10,231 bases of DNA from Planctomycetia bacterium (GTDB taxonomy: Bacteria > Planctomycetota > Planctomycetia > Pirellulales > S012-138). A model generated the notes under the pieces. The model had not been told where the DNA came from, made no database searches, and saw nothing but the letters and a program-made list of their open reading frames with translations. Every line of letters starts with the position of its first letter. Within the stretch, counting starts at the first letter, position 1. The position numbers and the translations under genes are program-made. This document shows, one piece after another, positions 1-6,535 of the stretch. The stretch is taken from NCBI GenBank assembly GCA_016177915.1, contig JACOUI010000248.1:1-10231 (forward strand), read 5' to 3'.

Positions 1-437
1 CACTGCTCCCTCCCCCCTTTGCGGGGGAGAGTTGGGGTGGGGGGGCCCGAAGCCTCCCGAAAACGGATCTCAGACAGCTCGATCAGTTTGGGATGGCAAG
101 CAAGGGGCTTCGCCAAGCGAAAACTGAGTTCGCGATGTTCGTGCATGCACCGGGCGAGCTGCGTGGGGATGTCGTCCTTGGCATGGCCGGCGGCGAACAA
201 GAGCAGCGGCGAGACGGTCAGTCGCCGCGCGCCGCACGAAACGAGCCGCGCCACCGCCTCGGCGATCGTCGGATGCGCCAGTTCCAGGAATCCTAACTCG
301 ACGGCCAGACCGGGCACACGAGGAGCGATGAGCCGGCGCAGCTCGCGCGTTTGCGCCAGGCCGACGGCGTCGCGCGTGCCGTGCGCGGCCAGGAGCAGGG
401 CGTCGGGAGCGAAATCGACGGTGGGGGGAGGAATCAC
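1..437 (-). CDS. cbiX: CbiX/SirB-like sirohydrochlorin chelatase, partial: the minus-strand frame is open to the window edge, so the 3' end lies beyond position 1 or inside the edge repeat
   Basis: My own minus-strand translation in the frame sharing codon boundaries with plus positions congruent to 0 mod 3 gives VIPPPTVDFAPDALLLAAHGTRDAVGLAQTRELRRLIAPRVPGLAVELGFLELAHPTIAEAVARLVSCGARRLTVSPLLLFAAGHAKDDIPTQLARCMHEHRELSFRLAKPLACHPKLIELSEIRF... The blocks ALLLxxHGTRD and PLLLFAAGHAKDDIP match the two conserved CbiX motifs (compare B. megaterium VLFVGHGSRDPEG and VVVIPIMLFSAGHSKIHIP). Third-position GC is very high in this frame and much lower in the overlapping plus-strand ORFs 19..468 and 93..296. 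The only in-frame start after the upstream stop at 465-467 is a GTG at 437-435. The gene is absent from the ORF track, presumably because it has no stop inside the window. Confidence 0.6.
   Translation of the reverse strand, partial: MIPPPTVDFAPDALLLAAHGTRDAVGLAQTRELRRLIAPRVPGLAVELGFLELAHPTIAEAVARLVSCGARRLTVSPLLLFAAGHAKDDIPTQLARCMHEHRELSFRLAKPLACHPKLIELSEIRFREASGPPTPTLPRKGGREQ
4..47. repeat. G/C-tract REP-like element, copy 1: CTCCCTCCCCCCTTTGCGGGGGAGAGTTGGGGTGGGGGGGCC. It has C-run/G-run hairpin potential and G-quadruplex potential on the plus strand
   Basis: About 85 percent identical to the reverse complement of 9750..9792. It lies at or within the extreme 3' end of the cbiX-like reading frame. 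Confidence 0.6.
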
Positions 438-471
438 GGCAACGACACGATCATCGAAAGGGCTCTAGGGA

Positions 472-541
472 GCGGCCGAAAAATAACTTCCCGAATTGTC
501 GCCTTTCGCTCCGCGAAAGACGAAATCTATTTTTCGTTCGA
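472..541. repeat. MITE-like small palindromic element, copy A (about 70 nt). It has an AT-rich GAAAAATAA terminal core and a central hairpin CTTTCGC-tcc-GCGAAAG
   Basis: The reverse complement of 472..541 aligns almost base for base with 7826..7920 (the B copy, which carries an extra 23-nt hairpin unit). The shared peptide GGKITSRIVAFRSAK appears in shadow ORFs 351..608(+) and 6536..7951(-) because of this repeat. It lies in the divergent intergenic region between the cbiX start and the ORF1 start. Confidence 0.75.
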
Positions 542-662
542 CCCTCTATGCAGTATGCGTCGTCGCATAAGATCGGACAACGGCCGGGCGATTTCGTCCC
601 GATCGTGATCGTGGTATGGTTGGGACCGGAAACAACGGCCGGTTTTCTCGGCGCGAGCATTC

Positions 663-2645
663 ATGCCGACCTTCTGCCCCCATTGCCGCGCCGTCATCGC
701 CGCGAGCGGCCAAGCACCATTGGGCGAGACCGTCTGCCCCCATTGCGGATCGAGCTGCCAAGTCGGCGCCTCTGGATCGTTGAAGCGGCTCATGCAGTGG
801 CGCCGCCGCCGACCGGCCGTGGCCGCATTGTGCGGCAGCTTGGTCCTCGTCGCGGCCGCCGCCGCGGTATTCGTCGTCCTCGGCTGGCTGGCAGCAATTC
901 AAGCGCGCAAGCCGCACCGCGACGTTGTACTTGTGCCGCCGCCGCAGCGCGACGGGGACTCGCTTCCACCGACAGTGCGTGGACTGCCCAAGGATGATGC
1001 CGGGGAAGTCTTGCCGCCGGACCGCGAAAAAAACAAGGACGAGTCAATCGTCGCGCGCACCCGCAAAATCTCGGATTTAGTGGTTGTCTTCGCGATCCCG
1101 GTGGCGCTTGTAGTGCTCATCGCGTGGACACTGATTGCGGGCGGAACACAACTCGAGGTCATTGCGGCGGCACGACATACGGCGACGGAGGCTCCCAAAC
1201 AGGCCGGCAGCCCGGAGAACCCAAGTGCACCCGCAGCGGCGGAAGCAGTTCCGACGGAGAAGCCGCAGACCGAGAAGACGTGGACGATTATCGGCCGCGT
1301 CCTAGAATTGGGCGAACCGGTCGCGGAGGCGGCCGTGTGGGCCGTCGCCTATGATGATCTGGGCAATGCCTACTCGCCGCCGGGTCAAAAAACGAACGCG
1401 CTGGGCGAGTTCCGCATCGATGCGATTCCCGAACGCCTGACAAGCGAGCCTTCGGCGGCGCCGATCAAGGAACTCCGGATCTCGGCCTCGAAGTCGGCCT
1501 GGCTGGGCACAAAAAAAGGGGCGGTCGTTCTTTCACTGATGCAGGACACGAACATTCTTCGGCTCAGCCAGTTCAATGGTTCGTGGTGGCTGTCGGTTCC
1601 GATCCTGTGCTTTCTGGCGACCATTGCCGTCATTGCGTTTGTCCCCGAGAATTCGTGGCAAGCAAAACTCTTCATTACCCGTTTGATTGCGGTGCTTTTT
1701 TCCGGCCGTCGAGCAAAGTACTACCTTGCGCTTGTGTTTACGCTCGTTTTGACGGGGAGCATGGTGTGGGTGATCGGTGACAGCATCCTGAGATTCCACA
1801 CCACCGTTCCCAGCGGCGACGTGCGCACTCTCGGTTTCGTGACGTTTTTCGAAGGGACGTACGTCAAGGACGCTGCGCCCGAATGGCTGATCTCCCTCAC
1901 ATCGCCTCCGCCTCGCAGCGCGGACTCCGGCAAGCCGGCGACCGCGGGCGCGACGAACAACCTGGCGGAAGGGTTTGGAGCGCCGTTCTGGGTCGTTTTT
2001 TTGTCCGTGGTCGGGTCCGCCTTATTGACGGTTGTGCTCGTCATCCGAGGCATTTCGCATCCGCCGAATTTCGGGCCTGCCGGAGAGTCGAAAACGGCTT
2101 CCGCGAGTCCCAACGGCAAGTCCGAGAAGGCCGAGCAGACGTCCGCGGGGCCCGACGGGGCTTCCGCAGTGCCCGGCAATAGTCCGGACCACCCCGATCA
2201 GACTTCCGGCAAGTCGGCCGAGACCGGCGAGAAGGCTCCCCAAATCCCCGATAAGCCCGCCGAGACTTCTAGCGCGCCCGGCGAAGCTGCCGGAGAGCCC
2301 GCCGCAATCTCCGACATGGCGCCAGGAACCCCCGGCCAACCGGCGGAGCCTTCTGACGTGCCCGCTGAGGCTTCCCGCTCGGCGGAGGCAACGGTCGACA
2401 AGGCAGAGCTTTGGAAGTGGCGGCGCGCGATCCTGGAACACCAGTTCTTTATTCTGTTCGCTCCCCTCAGCGGCATTTTCCTGTACCAACTGCTGCTAGT
2501 CGGCGGCGCCGCCACGAAGCCCATCATCGTGGCCGTGGTGATTCTTGGCGCCGGCGCCACGCTGAATGGACTGTTATCCTGGGCCGTGCGGCTGGCCGAG
2601 AGCTGGGTGGAGCGCATGGCGGGCGAACGGGCGGCCGACACGTAG
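663..2645 (+). CDS. Large multi-pass membrane protein of unknown function. It has an N-terminal double CPHC zinc ribbon, about 8 predicted TM helices, a carboxypeptidase-regulatory-like (CarboxypepD_reg) beta-sandwich segment, and a long Pro/Glu/Ala/Ser-rich disordered linker
   Basis: 660-aa ORF with an ATG at 663. CPHC-x16-CPHCGSSC sits at the N-terminus. Hydrophobic helices include AVAALCGSLVLVAAAAAVFVVLGWLAAI, LVVVFAIPVALVVLIAWTLIAG, WWLSVPILCFLATIAVIAFV, YYLALVFTLVLTGSMVWVIG, FWVVFLSVVGSALLTVVLVI, FFILFAPLSGIFLYQLLLVGG and PIIVAVVILGAGATLNGLLSWAV. The segment TIIGRVLELGEPVAEAAVWAVAYDDLGNAYSPPGQKTNALGEFRIDAIP resembles CarboxypepD_reg. The low-complexity region runs roughly nt 2060-2420. 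No strong SD precedes the start. Confidence 0.7.
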   Translation: MPTFCPHCRAVIAASGQAPLGETVCPHCGSSCQVGASGSLKRLMQWRRRRPAVAALCGSLVLVAAAAAVFVVLGWLAAIQARKPHRDVVLVPPPQRDGDSLPPTVRGLPKDDAGEVLPPDREKNKDESIVARTRKISDLVVVFAIPVALVVLIAWTLIAGGTQLEVIAAARHTATEAPKQAGSPENPSAPAAAEAVPTEKPQTEKTWTIIGRVLELGEPVAEAAVWAVAYDDLGNAYSPPGQKTNALGEFRIDAIPERLTSEPSAAPIKELRISASKSAWLGTKKGAVVLSLMQDTNILRLSQFNGSWWLSVPILCFLATIAVIAFVPENSWQAKLFITRLIAVLFSGRRAKYYLALVFTLVLTGSMVWVIGDSILRFHTTVPSGDVRTLGFVTFFEGTYVKDAAPEWLISLTSPPPRSADSGKPATAGATNNLAEGFGAPFWVVFLSVVGSALLTVVLVIRGISHPPNFGPAGESKTASASPNGKSEKAEQTSAGPDGASAVPGNSPDHPDQTSGKSAETGEKAPQIPDKPAETSSAPGEAAGEPAAISDMAPGTPGQPAEPSDVPAEASRSAEATVDKAELWKWRRAILEHQFFILFAPLSGIFLYQLLLVGGAATKPIIVAVVILGAGATLNGLLSWAVRLAESWVERMAGERAADT

Positions 2646-2664
2646 CGCAGGTTGGGGCACCAAA

Positions 2665-2683
2665 GGCAGGCGGGCCGCCTGCC
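2665..2683. repeat. REP-like 19-nt perfect palindrome GGCAGGCGGGCCGCCTGCC, copy 1 (8-bp GC stem, 3-nt loop). It lies between the convergent ORF1 and floT and is a likely bidirectional terminator or mRNA 3' stabiliser
   Basis: The palindrome is seen directly in the sequence. It is followed immediately by CTA at 2684-2686, which is the TAG stop of floT on the minus strand. The same motif recurs at 5277..5295 and, with one mismatch, at 5659..5677. Confidence 0.8.
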
Positions 2684-4321
2684 CTAGGACGCGTGCGGCT
2701 TCGATGGGGCGCCGGTTGAGGCGGTCGCCGCCGCCGGCGCGGACGCCGCCGCCGGCGCGTCGGCCCCGTCGAACTTCACGATCGTCGAGGGGATCTCCAC
2801 CCCGCCGATGTCCTTGAGGACCTGCATCATCGGCGGCAGCGAGCGCGAGACGCCCTGCAGGAAGTTGGCGGTGGCGCTCTGGCCGTTTGGGCCGCCGCTT
2901 TCCCAGACGACGACCTTGTCGAACTTGATGTTGCTGATGGCCTTGGCCGAGGCGTCGGCCAGGTGATCGAGGTGCTCCAGCATCAGGAGCTGGAAGGCCT
3001 GCTGGGCGCCGCCGCAGGCGTCGATGATGGCCTGCAAACCGTCGCCTTTCTTCTTGAGGATTTCGTACTGGCCGCGGGCCTCGGCTTCGAGCCTGGCGAA
3101 GATGGCCTGGGCTTCGCCTTGCGCCTCGATGCGCTTGCGGTCGGCGAGGGCCTCGGCGTCGACCACGACCTTGGCCTTTTCGGCCTTGGCGGGGGCCTCG
3201 AGCTGCGCGCGGCGCTCGGCCTCGATGCGCTCGGCCTCGGCCAGGGCGGCCTTGGCCATGGCGCGGTTCTGGGCCTCCAGCACGGCGGCCTCGGCCTCGC
3301 GTTTTTTCGTTTCCGCAGCCTGGTAGGCCTCGGCCGTGCGGATGCCGAGCTGCGCCTTGGAGGCGGCGACGCGGGCCTGGGCCTCGTTTTCGCCGTCGAT
3401 GGCGCGGGCGTCGGCGTCGGCCACCTGCACGCGCATCTCGCGCTCGGCCAGCTTCACCTGCGCCTCGCGCTGGAAGCTGGCCGTCTGCTCGCCGATCAAC
3501 TGCTCCTTCTCCAGCTCGGCCACGCGGATCGCCTGCTCGCGCGCCGCCGATCGCGTGCCGATCTCGCGCTCCTTGTTGGCCTCGGCCACCTGCACCACCT
3601 TGTCGCGTTCCGCGGCCGCCACGCGCACCTCGCCCAGCTTCAGCTCCTCGGCCACGTCGCCGCGGGCCTTCTGGATCGCCTGGCTGGCGGCCTTCTGCCC
3701 GATAGCGTCGATGTAGCCCGACTCGTCCGTGATGTCGGTGATGTTCACGTTGATGAGCACGAGGCCGATCTTCCGCAGCTCCGGCTCCAGCGACCTCTGG
3801 ACGTGGTTGAGAAACGTGTCGCGATCGCGGTTGATGTCCTCGATGTGCATCGAGGCGATCACCTGCCGAAGCTGGCCGAAGATGATCTCCTCGGCCTGGT
3901 GCTGCACCTGCTGCACGTTCTGGCCCAAGAGGCGGATGGCGGCGTTCTGCATCACCTCGGGCGTGGTGCCGACGGCGACGGTGAACACGCTGGGCACGTT
4001 GACGCGGATGTTCTCGGCCGACAGCGCCCCGCGCAGCGGCACCTCGATCTGGATCGGCTCCAGGCTGAGGTAGGCGTAGTCTTGAAACAGCGGGATCACA
4101 AACCAGGCGCCGCCGTGGATGCAGCGGGAGGGCACGCCCTTGCCCGACTTGCCGTAGATGACGAGCACCCGGTTGCTGGGGCAGCGCTTGTACTGCTTCG
4201 CCATCAGGATGACAAAGCTGAAGAAGGCCAAAGCGGCGAGGCCGATGCCGATGACGACGTACTGATGCGTTTTGTTGGACCAATCGATGAAGATGAAGGC
4301 GAGGGGCAGGAAAACGTTCAT
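2684..4321 (-). CDS. floT: Flotillin / SPFH (band-7) family protein of the FloT/YuaG/YqiK type. It has an N-terminal membrane hairpin, an SPFH domain and a long Ala/Glu-rich coiled coil
   Basis: This is the real part of listed ORF 2684..5203. The Arg-rich N-terminal extension in that listed ORF is shadow. The likely start is MNVFLPLAFIFIDW..., with ATG at 4321-4319 and GAGG 6 nt upstream. The protein matches B. subtilis FloT along its length, for example AIGQKAASQAIQKARGDVAEELK and KFDKVVVWESGG aligning to NIDKITVVDTGG. It lies immediately downstream of an nfeD gene, as in the yuaF-yuaG operon. Confidence 0.9.
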   Translation of the reverse strand: MNVFLPLAFIFIDWSNKTHQYVVIGIGLAALAFFSFVILMAKQYKRCPSNRVLVIYGKSGKGVPSRCIHGGAWFVIPLFQDYAYLSLEPIQIEVPLRGALSAENIRVNVPSVFTVAVGTTPEVMQNAAIRLLGQNVQQVQHQAEEIIFGQLRQVIASMHIEDINRDRDTFLNHVQRSLEPELRKIGLVLINVNITDITDESGYIDAIGQKAASQAIQKARGDVAEELKLGEVRVAAAERDKVVQVAEANKEREIGTRSAAREQAIRVAELEKEQLIGEQTASFQREAQVKLAEREMRVQVADADARAIDGENEAQARVAASKAQLGIRTAEAYQAAETKKREAEAAVLEAQNRAMAKAALAEAERIEAERRAQLEAPAKAEKAKVVVDAEALADRKRIEAQGEAQAIFARLEAEARGQYEILKKKGDGLQAIIDACGGAQQAFQLLMLEHLDHLADASAKAISNIKFDKVVVWESGGPNGQSATANFLQGVSRSLPPMMQVLKDIGGVEIPSTIVKFDGADAPAAASAPAAATASTGAPSKPHAS

Positions 4322-4357
4322 GGGAATCCTCGTGTGAGCACGGCCGGACCTGACTTC

Positions 4358-4415
4358 TGTAGGACGGCCTTTCCGGGCCGTCTCTTCTGCGACGGCCTGG
4401 AAAGGCCGTCCTACA
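4358..4415 (-). promoter_or_regulatory. 58-nt near-perfect hairpin in the nfeD-floT intercistronic spacer. The 17-nt arms are TGTAGGACGGCCTTTCC and GGAAAGGCCGTCCTACA, and they enclose an inner GGCCGTC-tcttctgc-GACGGCC hairpin. This gives a 25-bp stem (one G-U wobble in RNA) with an 8-nt loop
   Basis: The inverted repeat was verified base by base. It sits 37 nt upstream of the floT ATG and 76 nt downstream of the nfeD stop. It can alternatively fold as two tandem 7-bp hairpins (GACGGCC...GGCCGTC twice). Confidence 0.75.
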
Positions 4416-4491
4416 AAACTGTCTCTGCCCGAGAACCCTACCACGCGGCCGCGCCGCCAACTACTTGCGCCGGCCGCGGCCAGCGAAACGA

Positions 4492-5112
4492 TTATGCGGA
4501 AGCTTCGACCTGTGATTCTTGCGCCACCTCCACCGTGTCCGGCCCGAGGACGTCGACCACGATGACGCGGGCGCCCGTGGCGAGCTCTCCGCCGGCGGTC
4601 ATGGCCTCGTATTCGACCTCGCGGCCGCGGACGTCGACGGTCACCTTGCCCGCGCCCGATTTCTGCCCCGGCACGCGGAGGTACACGGTGCCAGTGCAGC
4701 CGACGGCCGAGTGAATCCGCACGGTGCCTTCTTCGCGCATCTTGCGGAGGAACTGCATCATCCAGTGGACGCCGTACATGGCCGCCAGGCCGGCGACGAC
4801 GGCGATGCCGATCGTGACGGGCGGGGAAGCGGCGGCGGAATCGGCCGCCAACCCGGCCAGCCCGAAGAACGCCAGCGCCGCCACGACCGTGCGGAAGGTG
4901 ATGACGCCGAAGAGCCAGGTGGAGTCGGTGTGGTGGTCGTCGTGGGAGGCGTCGTGGCCGGCGTCGCCGCCGGCGTGGTCGCCGGCGAAGTCGTGGCCGA
5001 CGTCGCCGCCGCCGTCGTGTACGTCGTGGCCCAGGCCAAACAGCGTGAGCAGGAACTGGCACACCATGACGGTGCCGCCGATGATCGCGCAGGTGCCGTA
5101 GACGTAGGTCAT
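4492..5112 (-). CDS. nfeD: NfeD-like (YuaF/NfeD short form) membrane protein with a C-terminal OB-fold beta-barrel. It carries an unusual His/Asp/Gly-rich insertion between the TM segments
   Basis: This is the real part of ORF 4492..5229. Translation starts at MTYVYGTCAIIGG..., with ATG at 5112-5110 and GGGGGA 8 nt upstream. The C-terminus KVTVDVRGREVEYEAMTAGGELATGARVIVVDVLGPDTVEV is a typical NfeD beta-barrel. TM helices flank GHDVHDGGGDVGHDFAGDHAGGDAGHDASHDDHH. It is co-oriented with and directly upstream of floT. Confidence 0.85.
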   Translation of the reverse strand: MTYVYGTCAIIGGTVMVCQFLLTLFGLGHDVHDGGGDVGHDFAGDHAGGDAGHDASHDDHHTDSTWLFGVITFRTVVAALAFFGLAGLAADSAAASPPVTIGIAVVAGLAAMYGVHWMMQFLRKMREEGTVRIHSAVGCTGTVYLRVPGQKSGAGKVTVDVRGREVEYEAMTAGGELATGARVIVVDVLGPDTVEVAQESQVEASA

Positions 5113-5164
5113 GTGATGTGTCCCCCGTGCCTTCTCTGCGCCATTCGGGCCGTCCGCAGCATTC

Positions 5165-5188
5165 TTGCCCGCAATCGGCCCCGGGCAA
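5165..5188. promoter_or_regulatory. Candidate operator-like dyad TTGCCCG-N10-CGGGCAA, about 55-75 bp upstream of the nfeD start
   Basis: Perfect 7-bp inverted repeat with a 10-bp spacer, seen in the sequence. It is in the presumed nfeD-floT promoter region, but no clear -35/-10 hexamers are identifiable. Confidence 0.3.
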
Positions 5189-5250
5189 ATCCGATTGTTG
5201 CAACTACCAGCCGAACCGTAGTTTAGCACGTGGCGCCAGCGATTGCGGTA

Positions 5251-5295
5251 GGCGAGACGCCTGCCCCACGACGTACGGCAGGCGGGCCGCCTGCC
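5251..5295. repeat. REP-like palindrome copy 2 (5277..5295, perfect GGCAGGCGGGCCGCCTGCC), plus an adjacent degenerate partial copy (5251..5265, GGCGAGACGCCTGCC)
   Basis: Same 19-mer as 2665..2683. It is followed by CTACG, as in copy 3. The CTA at 5296-5298 is the TAG stop of the XDH-family remnant. Confidence 0.8.
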
Positions 5296-5539
5296 CTACG
5301 TGGGTTTCAGCGGCACTTCGCCCAGCGGCATCGAGCGGAGGCGGACGCCCGTCGCGGCGAAGATCGCATTGCCGATCGCCGGCGCGATCCCGATGATCGG
5401 CGTTTCGCCCGCTCCTTCCGACGGCAGGTCCTTGGCCATTGACGACGAACTTCGTTACGGGGAGTTTCGCGACGGCAGGCATCGGGTCGCCTCCAGAGAA
5501 ATGGGTTGGAGGACTTGTGCCGAGGTCGGCTTCTTTTTA
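5296..5539 (-). pseudogene. C-terminal remnant (about 78 codons) of a xanthine dehydrogenase family molybdopterin-binding subunit (IorB/PaoC/CoxL-like). It is 5'-truncated and carries a frameshift near 5440
   Basis: My own translation of the minus frame ending at TAG 5298-5296 gives MAKDLPSEGAGETPIIGIAPAIGNAIFAATGVRLRSMPLGEVPLKPT. This matches the conserved C-terminal motif of XDH-family Mo-subunits (compare PaoC GLGELGICGAGAAIANAVYNATGIRVRDYPIT). That frame is closed by a TAA at 5455-5457. The adjacent frame (listed ORF 5204..5482) reads ...THFSGGDPMPAVAKLPVTKFVV up to the same point and is closed upstream by TAA at 5537-5539. One single-nucleotide indel at about 5440 would join the two frames. 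There are no further homologous codons upstream. Confidence 0.55.
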
Positions 5540-5658
5540 TGCGCGATGTCAGCCGTTGACAAGCAAAATCGCAATGCGGAAGCAAAGAAGCAATGAGCTG
5601 GCCGCACAGATTTAACAGCGACGGGCGTCGGAAGTTCCGTGTCGACGGAATGGCGAAC

Positions 5659-5677
5659 GGCAGGCGGGCCGCCTACC
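5659..5677. repeat. REP-like palindrome copy 3, GGCAGGCGGGCCGCCTACC (one mismatch in the right arm)
   Basis: It is followed by CTA at 5678-5680, which is the TAG stop of the DUF1080 gene. It shares the flank ACGGCAGGCGGGCCGCCT.CCCTACG with copy 2. Confidence 0.75.
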
Positions 5678-6469
5678 CTACGGCGCCGCTTTCCCCACGT
5701 GGAAGTTCCGCAGCGCCACCGGCCCGTGGTCGCCCTGGATCATGATCGGGCCGGTCGCTTTTTCGTCGTCGAACGCCGCGGCGCGGGTCGGGCCGGTGAC
5801 CTCGACGTTCTCGTGGATCAGCTTGCCGTTGTGGACGACCTTCACGAAGCGGGCGTTGGCAGTCTTCTTGCCCTCCTTGTCGAAGCGCGGGGCGCGGAAG
5901 ATCACGTCGAACGATTGCCACTCGCCCGGCGCGCGGCTGGCGTTTTCCTTGGGCGCGTGGCCTTCGAAGCCCATGTTGTTGGCCCAGCGCTGATAGATGC
6001 CGCCGCAGTCGCCGTACTTGGGTTTCTCCACGCCGTAACTATCGAGGATCTGGATCTCATATCGGCCCATGAAGTAGACGCCCGAGTTGGAGCCTTTGGG
6101 GATCATAAATTCCAGATGCGCCTCGATATCGCCATATACATCTTTCGTGATGAGATTGACCGTGCGGCCGGCGGCGCCGTTGACGAGGACGAACTTCTTG
6201 TCGGCGGGGCTGCCGGCGGCGTTCACGGCCGTGGCGGCGATGAGTTTTTCGTCCTTGTCGCTCTGCCGGGCGTCGGCGGCGGCGAACCAATCGCCCGTCG
6301 GCGACCGCCAGTGCGCAAGCGCGTCGCCGGAGGCGAGGTTGATCGATTCCGCGTCTTTCCTGCCGCTGTCGACCTTTTCTTGGGCGAGCACCGTGGGCGC
6401 CGACAGCGCGCCCAACGCGGCGACGTGGAAGGCCAGACCAAGGGCGGAAGGAAGGCGCGGGCGCTTCAC
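5678..6469 (-). CDS. Secreted DUF1080 / 3-keto-disaccharide hydrolase family protein (LamG-like jelly-roll fold) with an N-terminal signal peptide
   Basis: 263-aa ORF. The signal peptide is MKRPRLPSALGLAFHVAALGALSAPTVLAQE. The family hallmarks HLEFMIPKGSNSGVYFMGRYEIQILDS, GEWQSFDVIF and IMIQGDHGPVALRNFHV are present. The start is a GTG at 6469-6467, with GGAG 8 nt upstream. Confidence 0.85.
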   Translation of the reverse strand: MKRPRLPSALGLAFHVAALGALSAPTVLAQEKVDSGRKDAESINLASGDALAHWRSPTGDWFAAADARQSDKDEKLIAATAVNAAGSPADKKFVLVNGAAGRTVNLITKDVYGDIEAHLEFMIPKGSNSGVYFMGRYEIQILDSYGVEKPKYGDCGGIYQRWANNMGFEGHAPKENASRAPGEWQSFDVIFRAPRFDKEGKKTANARFVKVVHNGKLIHENVEVTGPTRAAAFDDEKATGPIMIQGDHGPVALRNFHVGKAAP

Positions 6470-6535
6470 GGGTCAGGCTCCTCTTGCGAAGTCGGCTGAA
6501 TGTCGGCGACGATTCCGGGCGTGGCGCAGCCGCCA

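Noticed and set aside
19-608. Plus-strand ORFs 19..468, 93..296 and 351..608 near the window start
   Set aside because: Third-position GC is low on the plus frames and very high on the minus frame, which encodes clear CbiX motifs. The 351..608 ORF runs through the MITE copy.
2574-4714. Very long ORFs 2574..4460(-) of 628 aa and 2963..4714(+) of 583 aa, together with the Arg-rich N-terminal extension of ORF 2684..5203
   Set aside because: The proteins are Arg/Gly/Pro low-complexity with no domain. They fully overlap the well-supported floT frame. These are typical alternative-frame shadow ORFs of a high-GC coding region.
5557-5585. Perfect -35 hexamer TTGACA at 5557-5562 on the plus strand
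   Set aside because: There is no acceptable -10 hexamer at 16-19 bp spacing and no plus-strand gene downstream. This is likely a chance match inside decayed DNA.
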